From Selaginella moellendorffii (Eukaryota; Plantae; Lycopodiophyta): a DNA stretch of 64,000 nt. Position numbers and translations under genes: made by a program. Below the pieces are notes generated by a model that did no database searches, was not told where the DNA came from, and worked only from the letters and a program-made list of their open reading frames with translations. The stretch covers positions 487,236 through 551,235 of the forward strand of contig NW_003314310.1 in NCBI RefSeq assembly GCF_000143415.4, read 5' to 3'. Positions 10,660-26,431 of this stretch are shown one piece after another. How positions within the stretch are numbered: the first letter of the stretch is position 1; each line of letters starts with the position of its first letter.

Positions 10660-10979
10660 GTTTTTACTTGTTTTTCATTACAATCCATGTGATTAACTTT
10701 GAATACTATTTTGTGTGGTCTCTTCCAGCTTTTTCCAGAATATGGACTCACTGGTTGTGTCCACTGGAAGAATTTCTTTAAAACCATGCTTCTGGCATTC
10801 ATGGTATGTGGCAAACAAAAGCTGCAACAAAAGAAAAATCCCAACAAGAATCCAACAGGGCTGCAAATTGTAGAAAATTGACTGATACCACTGTTCAGGT
10901 TGAACTTTTGTGCATTCTCTAGTCACGTTGACCAGATTCTGGAAATAGATAAACCCTAAACTGACGTTTAAATCTATGC

Positions 10980-13203
10980 ACTCAATCTCTGGATACATAT
11001 TGGACAGCAGCACCGTTGACCCCGCAAAACCCGGGCTAATCCCCACCGCGTTCCATGCTGCCACAGCCCGCACGTCCCCGTGCACATTGCAGCACCCCAG
11101 CAGCGTGTTCCACGCCACCACTGGAACGGCATATTCCTCACCACGTCCTCCGCCCGCCCGACAAACCCCACCTGCCCCAGCACGTCCACCATGCACTTCC
11201 AGTGGTTGGGCCATGCTGCCAGGCAGTGGTCCTCAACCATGGACACGAAGAAATGCCGCGCCTGGGCATGGCTGCACGAGTTGAGGATGCTGACGTAGGT
11301 GACGCTGGATGCCCTCGAGGTGCATGTCACAGTAGAGGAGGATGGCATATTCGGCATGGCTGTGGTGGGCGTATCCCGCCACTAGGGAACTCCATGTCAC
11401 TGTGTCGCAGGCTCTCATGCGGTGGAAGGCGGCGGTGGCGTCTCCCATGCTGCCGCAGCGCGCATACATGCTAACCAGCGCATTGCCCAAGAATCTCCGG
11501 ATTCACGGCACATAGCTCAGCGTGGATGCGCCGCCCCTCGGCGAGCTTGCCCATGCTGGCATGGGCACACAGGAGAATGACGGCCATGATGCAATCGGGC
11601 TTTAGAATGGAGTCCGAGATGGTGGAGGCCGAGGTGTTAGTGGAGTCCGAGCTCTTCACACTCTTTGTGTACAAACTAGAGTCCGAGCTCGCAGAGACCG
11701 AGCACCTCAAGCCGGACTCCATGGTCCTCGAGTTCCCAGCAACAATGCAATTGCTTCCTCGTTGTATCCGTGCTGCATATAAGATCCCATCATCGCGTTC
11801 CATGACACCAAGTTCTTCTTCTCAATCCCATCAAACACCCACCTTGCCTCCTCCAGGCTGCCGCACTGCGCGTACATGTTGATGAGCGCATTCTGGATCT
11901 GGATCTTGAGCATGAAGTTGGAGGAAGCAACGCGAGCGTGGAGCTTTCTCGCGAGGCCGACGTCCCCGACCAGTGATCCGGTGTAGATTACGTTGATCGA
12001 CTGCCCGACCATCTTGTCGTAGAGCTCGAGAGCTTTGGATCCATTGCCGTGAAAGGTGTAAGCAGTGAGCATGGCCGTCCAGGACACAACGTTCTTGCCT
12101 GGGATTCTCTGAAAAATCCTCTCGGTGGCCTCTAGATCTCCACACTTGGCGTAGGCAGTGACAAGCGAGTTCTCCAAGCTCAAATCTGGAGGTGAGTGCA
12201 CCGCGGCGAGCTCCAGCTGCGAGTGGATCCGCTTGCACGATCGCAAGCACCCAGGGCTCGAGCAGGCACTTAGAACTCCCAGAAAGCTCACGTCGTCGGG
12301 CTTGATCCCTTCCAAGTTCATGCCCTGGAAGAGGCCCATCGCCGTGCAAGACTGTGTGTGGCCGCGATCATGCTGTTCCACGAGACCCTGTTGTGATCTT
12401 CCATCCTCTGGAACACCACAAGTGCTTCCTCCGTGCTGCCACCCTTCGCGTACATCGAAACGAGCGCATTCTGGATCGTGATGTCTCCGTGGAGGCTCAG
12501 GTTGATCATGGCGGCGTGGATCTTCCTGCCCTGATTGAGAAATTCCCTGCTGGAGCACGCAGTGATTGCCACGACGAAGGTCACCGGATTGGGCTGGACG
12601 CGAGCTTGGATCATCCCCTTGAGCGTCTCGAGCGCCTGGCGGCAATCCCCAATCTGGGCAAATGCGGTGATCATCGCAGTCCACGACATTACATCCTTGT
12701 GCGGTATCTGATCAAACACCGCCCTGGCCCGCTCGATCGCTCCACACTTGGCATACATGTTGAGAAGCGCTGTGCCGACGAACACACTCTTGCGGAGATC
12801 CGGGGAGAGAATTCTCGCGTGGATGGCCATGTCCAGCGCGAGATCCTTGGCACCGGAGCACGCAGCGAGTGTGCTCACGATCACCATTTAGTGGTTCCAC
12901 ATCCATGCGCTGGAGGAGATTGATCGCCTCGCGGCAATGCCCCGACTGCACGTAGGCCGCGATGATGCAGCTCCAAGACACCACATCTTTCTTGGGCATC
13001 TGATCGAAGACTGCACGCACGGCCGCGAGGCTGCTGGTGCCACCACATTTCCTGGACATCTGGATGAGGAGATTACTGAGGTGGACGCTCTGGTGTGGCG
13101 AGGATGTGATCATGGACGCGACAGCTGTCGGCGAGCGAGCTGGAGCGGATGCCGCCAATGGCAATAGCAGCTGTGAGAGCACATCTTGGATGGATGGGAG
13201 CAC
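10980..13203 (-). pseudogene. PLS-E class PPR pseudogene (multiple frameshifts, ~140-bp insertion at ~11607-11745)
   Basis: Consecutive ORF pieces contain ALLNMYAKCG, VVSWTAM, NALVSMYARCGS, HWKCMVDVLG, VAWNTLLGCCNVHGD and STVLLSNMY in shifting frames. Confidence 0.92.
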
Positions 13204-13340
13204 ATTTTTTGTTCATCAAACAATGATAATAATTTAATTTTATTAGAAAATATTATTTAAAATAATGCCTATTATTATGAGTGTTTAGGATATTGGAATA
13301 GATATATTAATTAGGGTTTAAACCCCTCTTTATATAAAAA

Positions 13341-13648
13341 AATTGCTACGCGTTGCATGTAGCAATACTTGATTTGCTTAATACTAGTGTTATTATTACT
13401 TATTAATCCAATTGATCAAATAAAGTTTATAATTATAAGCATGTTTGTAATTTATATATATAAGATTAATTTTATTACATATCAACCATTAGATGGTAGA
13501 ATAAAAAAGAATATACTAGAAAAGGTTTAAGAAAGTTTATAAATTATAAACATGTTTATAAATTATAAATACAAGATTAATCTAAATGAATAACAACCGT
13601 TAGATGGTAAAATATCCTAGAATATCCAAGCATATTCTAGGTATATTC
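13341..13648. mobile_element. Dispersed AT-rich repeat with terminal hairpin (possible non-autonomous Helitron end); second copy at 38021-38306
   Basis: Hairpin ttgctacgcgttgcatgtagcaa; internal ~105-bp tandem duplication; clear similarity to 38021-38306. Confidence 0.6.
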
Positions 13649-14399
13649 ACTACTATCCCAGTCCCCTTATAGGTTTGCTTAAGCAAACCAACAAAAAGTG
13701 TGGCAACAAATTCTCAAGGCGACACAAGAATTATAAAACATTTTGGAGTTCAAAGTTAAGAGTGGGGATATTCTTCACAGGTTCAAAAGAGTAAGAAGTT
13801 CAGCCACTAATCTAGCTTGGAAATGCATTCAGTGTCAAGGATGGCACAAATGGATGCAAGTTTGGTGGGATGTGATAGAAGTTAAAGTTGGCATGCCAGT
13901 TTGAGAGGCAATGGGCCATGAGTGTTGGGATATTTAGAGATGACAAGAGTGCAAGCACTTTAGGAAGCACATAATCAATATCATTTTGACAGACAGTAGG
14001 TGAGGATATATGTAACGGTGGCCTTATGGTGGCATTGGGATTGCGCCTGAGGGGAGAATCAACACGAGGACAACTCATACAAAGTCACTCTAGACGAAGA
14101 CTAAAACTTGGGAGTGACAGCTAGAAATTTCTTCTTTTGGCCAACACAAGGTATTGATATTGATAAAGTCAACATTGATATGAGAGAGAGAGAGAGATCC
14201 CAGCCGTTGGTCCCGTGTGAGAGGGAGTCCTTGGAAGCTGTCTTGAAATACAAATTCCGCATATTCATTCTATCACACAACACAGGTACACAAGCTCCAT
14301 TCATTCATGGCTGCTACTTTGCTCCATCAAATACTGTAAAACCCAACACACACACACACACACATGCACACAATCACAATCACACACTGCAATTCCCAA

Positions 14400-14731
14400 T
14401 CACTGCCTTCGAAAGCCGAAAGTGTACGACAGTCTCGTTGCTGGGGCTAGATCCTCCCCACCGAATGGCCTCAGAACTCTGGTAGTACCGGCACGTAAAT
14501 CGTAGGCGTATAGCTCCTTGTGTGCCGTGACCATCGCACCACTACCGCCACGAGCCATCCATGCTTTTGCTGTGTGATCTGGAATGTCACGTAACTTGAA
14601 GTAGTGCTCCCGAACAGCTTCCGTGTCCATGTCGTGATGACAATGACTTGATTCTCGTTGAGTAGATTGCGACCGAACTTGGCAGCCGCGATAGCCACCA
14701 CCCTCGTCGCTGCGTCCACGGAGAAAGCCAC
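14400..14731 (-). pseudogene. Unidentified frameshifted exon fragment just 3' of LysRS
   Basis: Preceded by acceptor ttgttttag; protein-like reading VAFSVDAATRVVAIAA.. shifts frame into DTEAVREHYFKLRDIPDH..ELYAYDLRAGTTRVL. Confidence 0.3.
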
Positions 14732-14758
14732 CTAAAACAATAGAGCTTTCCTTTTAGC

Positions 14759-17236
<2,478 letters not shown>

Positions 17237-17398
17237 CGCCCGCGAGGAAGAGAATAAAACTTTATAAACCCTAAGGAGGGGTTTCACTGGTCCCAGGCTC
17301 GAGTCCGGCGAGATGGAGATTTCACCGAAAGCAGTTAAAAACTGACAAGAGGATAAACCCTAAAACCAAGAAGAACGAAGAACAGGGGAACTGCGGGT

Positions 17399-19942
17399 CT
17401 ACTTGGACTGCGGGGAATTGGGATCCGAGCTCGCAACCGATGGGAAGGAATGAGAGCTGTGGCTGTCGTCCTTGCTCACCGCGACAAAATTTAGAGGGAC
17501 AGTGGCGAGAGGCCTGGAATCCCTGCGATTGTTTCCTCCCGGAGTGCTTAGCCGGTGCCCATTTGTGCGAGGGGTCTCGGGGCTCACGGGCTGGAGGAGA
17601 GCTCCGCCCAGGGAGAGCCTTCTACTCATCATCCCATTGCTCCGGGGCTGGGCCTTTTTGATGCTGCTGCTTCGCGGCGTGCTGCTGGGCTTGGAGCCGA
17701 AGATGGATTCTTGCTCGGTGAGAAGTTGGTCTTGGAGCTTCTTTTGATCCTGGAAGAGAACCGATGGGGAGCGATCAAATGGAGAGCATTGGTGACGAGA
17801 AAGTTTTGCGTACCCTCATTCGCCGCTTCTCTTCATCCCTTTCGTGCCTCAAGAGGTTGTATTCTTCCAGCATTGCCAGTAATCTCACCTGTGGAACAAA
17901 AAAGAGAGAAAAAAAAAAAAAACATTCTTTTAGAGCAAGCAAGAGACCTCTATACAAAAATTGAAACAAGGAGTTGAAGGAATGGAAAATTTCCAGAAAG
18001 CTTGGAAACAAAGTTCGAAGTTGGAAGAACTTACCCCGTCGTACATGAAAAGTTGGCTTCTTTCTTCCTCCCAAGACCTCGTCCTTGCAATCAAAGACTC
18101 CACAAGAGCTGTGCAGCGAGATCGATCAATGCACTTATCACAAACAAGCGAAAAAAAAACGTTTTTTTTTCTACCAGGGAGCTTCGTAACGGTGACTCTA
18201 GCTCGCTCGGCACGCTTGAGATTAAGATGAGCGCCTCTACCACCAGCATACCGATTTTGATCCTAGAAAAACCACATTGTGAAGTTTTTCAAGCTCTTGG
18301 GAGCATAGAGACTAAAAGAACACACCTTGTTGTAGTCATCCAGCCAGCTCTCCTCCTCGCAAGCTCCCATCCATCTCTCGATTTTGTCAAGAATGTCTCG
18401 CCGGCTAACAGCGTCTTCTTTCGCGTAGGCGATCTGTTCTTCTATCCTTGACAAGAGCTCCGATGGATCCACCATACCTGTCGTGAAACTTCATCAAGCA
18501 ACGAGAGAGAAAAAACGAGACAAATACTCTACCAGAATCGATGAGAGCATTGGTTTTATCTTGCGAGGTGCTGTTATCCGGCTCCATATGAGTCTGCCGG
18601 CAAATCTCCTCGAGCTCCAGCCTCTTTCTCATCACCAGCTCTTTCATCTTGCTCGCTTTGAGACGCTCCAGCCTCTCGACTTCCACCTCCGCCTAGATCA
18701 TTACAAGAACAAACGAGAGAAAACGATGATCTTGAGTTGAAAGTTCTTGTCTAGATTGTTTACGCTAGTACCTCTTCGATTATGTCAAACGCAAGAGATC
18801 CAGGAACACACTCGGAGCTCGCGACGTTGCAAGTGAGGTGTCTAAACAGCTGCTGTTCTTCCTTTGGTGTCTCCATGAGATTCCACAAATCCACGAGCTT
18901 CGTCCCAAGTTCTTGCAGCTAGAAGCAAAAGAAAAGATGATCATACGATCACTTCCATGAACTTCAAAGAAATCCAGACCTTTTTGATCCGGCGCTTCTT
19001 TTCTTCCTCGAGTGACTGGATCGTGTTGGCCAGCCGATCCAGCGTCTCGTTGGTGATGCTCCTCGACTGCACGCTGTGGGAGTCATCCAAACTCGGGTGA
19101 ACTTCGGTGATGATCTTGAAGAACTCGAGGCCCAGCTCGGCACAGAGGTCGTGCACACTGTTCACGTACTCGAGAACCTTGTGAAGCCTGTTGCTCTGCG
19201 GTGAAAGGCAAAAACTCTCGTTAAGCTCTTTGGAAATCCAATGCTAGCCAACCTTTTCTTTCTGGAGTGCATGGAGCTGGGCTTGGTACTCCTCGAGCCT
19301 CCGCTGCGACAAATCCTCAAACTCCGCTTTAATGTCTCCGTTTGCGAGCTGGGAAGTCGCGGAGCCAACGATCTCGCCGGATATCTTCTGAATTTGCGAC
19401 GAGATTTCGTTGAAGTGCTTAAGCCGCTCGTCCTTCTTCACTCGCAGCTCCTCCAGCTGAGGAGCCACTCCTTTAACCTGCTCCCGCAAAGTTCCAGAGG
19501 CTTTCTTCTCACCCTGAGAGCAAAGTTCCAAGATAAGCACACGAGCACGAAGAAACAGCGGAAAAAGCAAAAGAATGAAAAACAAAACCACACTTTTGCC
19601 AAAGAACATAGAAGAACTCACTCGAGTGAAAGTTGGATGTTCTCCAAGAGCCGAGTGAAGAGTCTGGAGCTCGGCCTCGGAGTCGGCTAGAGCTTGGCGG
19701 AGCTTTGCCCGGACATGGCTGGCTTGATCTACTTTCCTCCTATACACCTCGAGACACTCTTGCTCCAGCTGCATTAGCATTCTATCCCGCTCTGTGTCAT
19801 CCTCTCCAATCTCATCCCATATGTGCTGCAAGAAGAACAAACCCATCACGAATCCATCGCTACAGCCCTCTCGTACCTGGAGCTCCCGCAGCAAAGATCC
19901 ACACGTAGATTCCACCATCTGGGCCTGTGTGATCGAAGGCAT
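17399..19942 (-). CDS. MAP65: 65-kDa microtubule-associated protein (MAP65/PRC1/Ase1 family), multi-exon
   Basis: [77 protein letters not shown]-terminal SRRLSLGG. Confidence 0.96.
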
Positions 19943-22333
19943 GGGCGGCTATGGTGGGTCTTTGTAGCTCTCAGTTCTTAGTTCTTCCTTCTAACGCATT
20001 GTGACAATGAATGAGAGAGAACCACCCACGTACAGTGGGATTGATGCTTACCTTGGCACCCACACCACTACGATTGTCACACTCGCGCGCTCACAAAGGC
20101 TCCATTTTTTCTTGTTTCTTCCAGTGGTACCTCAAACAGCGACCTGCGATAGCGCACAAAAAATGGAGATTTGAGTGAGTGTTCTTCCTCGTCTCTCGCA
20201 GATCTCTCGCAACCAAGGAAGCCCTTTTGAATCTATGGGTCTCTCATTCTTCTAGCAGCCCATTCACATTCACTCTCATTTCCTTCTCGCGCATTCAAAC
20301 CAGGAAGGAGAGGAGAGTAATAAAGCCCAGCAGCGGAGTCTCAAAGATAAAGTGGAAGAGAAAAAGGAGCAAAAAAAAGAGGGAGAGAGGAAAAATAAAA
20401 ATTCTGTCCACTGCAAAGCAAAGGGCGGAAAGAGGAAGGCAAGAAAAACACACCCAAGTTAATACCAACACGGAGAGCTTAACCGACCACCATAGCCAGC
20501 AAGCTTGCAAAGCTAGAGGCAAAAATAATCTCCACTTTGGAATAGAAGCTTAGATTTGAGAATGTAGCACTGGGTGGTCTGGTAGACCCTTCTTTTCGCA
20601 AGTGGTGGTGACACCATCGACCAGGGAGATAAGAAAAAAAGGAGAAAAAACTCTGCCTTTGGGACAGATCTTTGGCATTCACGAACGCTGCTATTGCCAG
20701 AAATGCATTGCACTGATTTTGGAACACTGCGGAGAAAGGAAGAATAGACAAAACCCACAGGCAGAAAAAAAGAAAAAAAGGAACAAAAGATAAGAGAGAA
20801 AATAAGATCTATGAAGAAGACTATGTAACTAGAAGAAGCTCGCTAGCTAGAAACAAAGCTATCACAACATACACAAGGCACGCATTGGAGTTTTAGAGCA
20901 TACGATATCTTCTTCCTCCTCCTTCCTTTGTTTTCGTCATGGGCTGTTTAGCTCGATTCTTTTCGCTGCGTTTGATTTGATCGCCACACACTGGCCACTG
21001 CCACTGCACTGCGCGCTGCTGCCCAGCTTCTGAAAGCCCCCTTTGTTGTCGATCACTGTCTCTCGCCTCTATCAAAGCTTAAACAAACATGAACCCAGCT
21101 TAAAACCCAAAAAGAAAAGCAGGAAAAAAACGATTTTTAAGCAGAAAAACTTGAAAATTCCCATTTTTTTCTTACCGAGCGTTACTCGTTCTTGCCCAAG
21201 GCGTGGGTTTTACAGCATTTGATGCAGCAAAGTAGCAGCCATGAATGAATGGAGATAGAAATGGACTAACTTTGTGCGTTTTTACCTTGAACACCAGGGG
21301 AAAATCAGGGGATTTAGTCAGCGCCGCATGTCATAAGCCGGACCCTTCCGGATTTAGCATGCCTATGTCATAAGCCAGTACCAGCACCCCTGACACTGAA
21401 AGCCTACCAACACAAAACAACAAAAGAAAGCCACCATTGCATATCTAAATCTTGGGCTATAGAATCCAAAGCCCTATCTCCACATTTCCCACTCTTTTCC
21501 CCTCCAATTTTTATGTTCTTCCCTCAAAATTCGCCGTGCCCCATGTCATACAAGACCAGTAAAATCCCAATCTTGTCAACATTGGTCATGTCACACTCCC
21601 AGGAACTTGGGCTTGCATTTCTCTAGCCAAATTTTTACATGCTCTTGCACATGCCTTGTCCACAGGATTTCTGAGTCAAAGTTAAATGTTATGACAGTAA
21701 GAAAAAGCCTTAAAAACGTGACTTTTTTTCACCTTGGCGCAAAGAGGATTCGAACCCAGGATCACCCAAGGTGGTCAATTCCCCCTTCGTTGACAAGGAC
21801 AGTCCTACGCTGTGCGTGCAATGCAAACGTTTCACCAAAAATTTCATCGATTGATGCAAGCGTTCGTTGGCTTTGTATTTTCCCGAAGTATTTTTGTAAC
21901 AAGAAAAATAACGAATATTTTATTTCGGAAAAGAAATGGCTTGCAATTCGATCGATGATGGAATCGAGAGAGATATCGTTGCGTGAAGTAAAAAGAGGCT
22001 CAATTATCACTGTCGCTGTGTGTTCTTGTCTGGTACTCACCAAGCATGGCCTTCACTCCATCATCTCCTATCAAACAACGAACTTTTTAGGGTTTCTTTG
22101 GTTCTTGCCCGATCCAGGGATCGAATCCCTTTAGCAGTGTGCAAAACTCGCGGGATTCGAACCCTCCACGTGCCAAGCAAACCTAAACCCGGGGCATTCT
22201 AGGGTTTGAGCGTGTGGCGCGTGGCTCGTGGAATCGATCGGCCGGTGGATTGATTTGGCGCTACATTTCCCGGATTCTGATCGCGAGCAGCGGTATTTTG
22301 GGTAGAGTATGATCCATCGGCCTCGCGCAGAGG

Positions 22334-24457
22334 ATGAACAGGCTATTCTCCGGGGCTGCCCGAGCTGCCTGTGAGAGAAGAGCTTGCCACAGGTATGGAT
22401 TCTTGCCGCATTTTCACCTAAAGACTCGATTTTGATGCTTTTTTTGGTAGAACTTGGTCCAATTCCAGTTTTTCTCGGATTGGATATGGACACCATCACT
22501 ATGGAACTCTTTCGCAAGAAGCAGCTGCCAGTCCTCTCCAGGTACTCTCGAGGAATCTGGCTAGACACGGCGGGAATAGGATAGTCTTTGGTTTCTCTAG
22601 AACAGGAGTAGAATTCAAGGATGGCTGGAAGAAGAAAGGGACTGGCTTTGCCGGGTGGAAGCTCGGGAGAGGCACAGGGAGAGCCTGGAAGAATTCTTGG
22701 CTGGGAAGATGCTACTACCATCATCCACTATGGAAAGTCGTGGGGACGATGAGCTTGGCAGTCGTTCGCTCGCAGTTTAGTCCCAGGATCGCAGCTTTTC
22801 TGGTCGGCGAAGCTACGCTCATGCGCAGGCTGGTGGCCGAGTCCGAGGCTCCGACGTGTGTTCCTCTCTCGTACCACTCCGATATCCAGCCTAGTTACGT
22901 GCTGTGGATCTTTTCGTCGCTGGTGGAAGGAATGATGCTGCTGCTTCGAGCGCTGTACTTGGTGGTGGTTTTCGCTCCAGCGCTCGCTGTAGCTCCATTT
23001 GCCGACCCGTCAGACGCCAAGCTGCGGCTTTTCTGGCTGGAGCTTTTTCACAGCAGTCTGGAGCGAGCAGGGGCCGCTTTTATCAAGTGGGGGCAGTGGG
23101 CAGCCACAAGGCCGGACCTTTTTCCCAAGGACGTGTGCGAGACGCTGTCCAAGCTCCACTCGAAAGCTCCGGCGCACAGCTTCTCGCAGACCCGGAAAAC
23201 TGTGGAGGGCGCTTTCGGGAAGAGGATCGAGGAGCTGTTTGAGGACTTTGAGGAGGAGCCGCTGGCGTCCGGGAGTGTTGCTCAGGTCCACCGCGCGGTT
23301 TTGAGGGGCCAGGGGAAGAAGCCGGTGACGGTAGCTGTCAAAGTCCGGCATCCGGGAGTCACAGAAGTGATAAGGCGTGATTTCATTCTCATCAACTGGG
23401 TGGTGAAAGCGTGCAATCACTTCTCCGGCTTACGGTATCTGAGGCTGGAGGACAGCGTGCAGCAGTTCGCCGTGTTCATGCTGACGCAGGTCGATCTCGC
23501 GAGAGAAGCTGCGCATTTGAGCCGCTTTCTCTACAACTTTCGGAGCTGGAAGGACGTATCTTTTCCCAAGCCGCTGTATCCCCTCGTCCACCCGGCCGTG
23601 CTCGTGGAGACGTATGAGCGCGGGGAGAGCGTATCGCGCTTTGTGGATTCTCCCAAGAGATCCCACATCAACAGCGCGTTGGCACACATTGGCACGCACA
23701 CGCTGCTCAAGATGCTGCTGGTACGTCTTCTCTGGTTATCTTTTCTATTCTTTTCTTTTCTTTTCTCACTGTTTTGGCATTTCACAGGTGGACAACTTCA
23801 TCCATGCAGACTTGCATCCTGGCAACATCCTGGTGCGAATGGAGCGATTTAATCCCGTGCCTGGCAAGGGACTGTTTCGATCGCATCCGCATCTAGTTTT
23901 TCTGGACGTCGGCATGACAGCAGAGCTCTCGAATAAGGACCGGCGCACGCTCCTCGAGTTTTTCAAGGGGATCGCAATGCGAGACGGCCGCAAGACTGCG
24001 GAGTGCGCTCTCCAGTTCTCGGAGCTGCAAACTTGCCCCGATCCAAAAGGTTTTGTCAGAGTAAGTTCTAGCTCGTTGGTTTGATCGTTTTGTATCCTCA
24101 TCGTTTCCTCATTTGCAACAGGAAGTCGAGGACTGTTTCAAAGACTGGAATGCGATGGATTCTGCTGTACTGCACACGGGCGACTGCATACAAGAGCTCT
24201 TGGAGCGCGTACGCAGGCACAAAGTAAACATCGATGGCGATGTTTGCACTGTGATAGTGACGACACTCGTTCTAGAGGTAGGCGTTCTTTAAAGAGTTAG
24301 CTCCAAGGGATGCAAATTCATGGACCACTTTGCGCAGGGATGGCAGCGAAAGCTAGACCCCGAGTATAACATCATGGAAACTCTTCAAAGCCTGGTTTTG
24401 CAGAGTAATATGGCGACCTCGCTCTCGTATACGATAGACTCGATCATGGCGCCGTGA
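22334..24457 (+). CDS. ABC1/UbiB atypical kinase (ABC1K10/ADCK2-like, likely mitochondrial), multi-exon
   Basis: GAAFIKWGQWAATRPDLFP, PLASGSVAQVHRA, VAVKVRHP, DNFIHADLHPGNILVR, FLDVGM, end SLSYTIDSIMAP*. The start at 22334 is inferred from splicing of 22392-22468. Confidence 0.92.
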
Positions 24458-24647
24458 GAACACAAGTTTTTCGAGGTTGGGTCTCGTCCAAGTAAGAAAG
24501 TATATACGTAGCTATAGTTTTTTTGCCAGTGATTAGCAGTGTACATAAAGAGCAAAGAAAATAATGGATAGTTCTTCCTCGATCGAGACAAAGCTCTTTT
24601 GTTTCAATTGCTTATCGTGGAACTATATCTTCTTCCTCATCACAATG

Positions 24648-26222
24648 TTATACCGCCTGCTGGAGAAGGTCTCCAGAGTTTTGTTGAGCACATCCACACT
24701 TTTGATCTCGCTGGATCTCAATTCCAAAGCTTGGCGGCTTTGGAATGAGTCCCAGGAGCTGGAACATCTGCTGGTCTTCGCTAAAGCTGTTGTTTGGAGT
24801 GGTCAGAAGTTTCTCGCCTGTGAAGATGGAGTTTGCGCCAGCCATGAAGCACAGTGCCTGCTCCGGCTGAGAGAACTTTACTCGCCCCGCCGAGAGCCTC
24901 ACCATCGCCTTGGGCATGCAAATCCGAGCTGTGGCGATCATTCTGACCATCTCCCATATCTCAACCGGCTGTAGAAACACAAGGAGAGAAATTCTCGAGT
25001 TTAAAGCTTTGATGGAACGAGAAGAGTTACCTTTTGATTTTCCAAAGGAGTGCCTTTGACAGCAACTAGAGCGTTGATTGGGACACTCTCTGGATGCTGA
25101 GGGAGCGTCGAAAGAGTGTGTAGCAAGCCTATTCTATCCTCTACTTGCTCTCCTAAACCAATGATCCCACCTGATGTTTCAGCCATAGTTTTAGCTAGTT
25201 TCATGGAGAAAAAAAACGCGGAAGAAAAAGAGAAAGCTTGCCTGAGCACACGCTTATGCCCGCGTCTCGGACAATTTCCAAAGTTTTCAGGCGCTCGTCG
25301 TAGCTCCTCGTGGTTATAACGTTTGGATAATACTCCCTCGACGTATCCAAGTTGTGATTATAGGCTGTTAAGCCGGCCTCCTTGAGAGCTTGGGCGTGCT
25401 TTTCTTCGAGCATTCCAAGCGTGCAGCAAACTTCCATTCCCATACCTCTGCTCGCATAGCCAAAAAGAATCGAAAGTGAAGACACGACTAGCTATAGAAT
25501 TCTTGAAAAGAGTGAATGATCCACACCTGATCTGTTTCACGTAGTCGAGTATTTGATTGAAGTTCGTGTTTCTTCCCACTGTGTCTCTCCAAGCCGCGCC
25601 CATGCAAAATCTGGTACTACCAGCATCTTTAGCCTGCGTAGAAAAAAAAAAGTATGAAACAATCCAGCCACAAAGAAAAAAGAAATTCTTTCACCTTTCT
25701 AGCAGCGTCAAGAACAACGTCTTCACTGAGGAGCTTTTGTCCCTTCACACCAGTGCTATACCTGGAAGACTGTGGACAATAGGCGCAATCCTCAGAGCAT
25801 CCACCAGTCTTGATCGATAGCAGCGTACACTGCTGGACTTCGCGAAAATTGTGAGCATGGCGATGGACTTGAGCCTACATTGTCGCGAAGAAGAAGAAAA
25901 AAAGAAGAAAACTAGCGATGAGAACCTTTTGCCATGCATGTCTAGAAAGCTTTACCCCATGGAAGAGAAGATCGAGCAGCGGCGAGTCGTAAATCTCCTG
26001 GATCTCCTGCCGCCTCCAATCCGTCCGCGAGCCCTCCCGGATCGCTCTCTCCGCGGCCAGGGACGCGGCCACAGGCCCCGATCTGAGCTGCTCGGCGCTG
26101 GATTGCGCGGGCGATGGAGGCGGAGGCACAGGAGAGGATGGAGCTGGCGCGCTAGAGGAGAATCGCAAGCCCGCTGCTAGGAGGAATCGGTGGTGCGAGG
26201 CCTTGGCCAGTGCCAACGCCAT
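24648..26222 (-). CDS. BIO2: Biotin synthase (radical SAM), mitochondrial, multi-exon
   Basis: [12 protein letters not shown] (CxxxCxxC), [55 protein letters not shown]. Confidence 0.97.
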
Positions 26223-26431
26223 TGCCGGCTAGAAAGAACACGAACAGCCAAATGGTGTGAGCAAAATATTATATGCTAGGCTAGGGTTTTAGGGTTTTTG
26301 TCCAGGTGGAGTGGCTATGGCGCCAGCGACTCCTCGATTTCCCGTGAGGTAGATCTCTCATTTTCCATAGCAAACCTATGGCAGACTCGCATTTCTCGAT
26401 TCCAGGATTTCTTGCGCTCCTGGTTTGGGAT

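Noticed and set aside
20179-20793. ORFs upstream of MAP65
   Set aside because: Purine/pyrimidine-biased 5' UTR or intron-like sequence with no coding signature.
21735-21790. tRNA gene on the minus strand (GGGTTCGAATCC..CCA); similar B-box at ~22150
   Set aside because: Only a T-arm/B-box with no D or anticodon arm; at most a SINE or tRNA relic.
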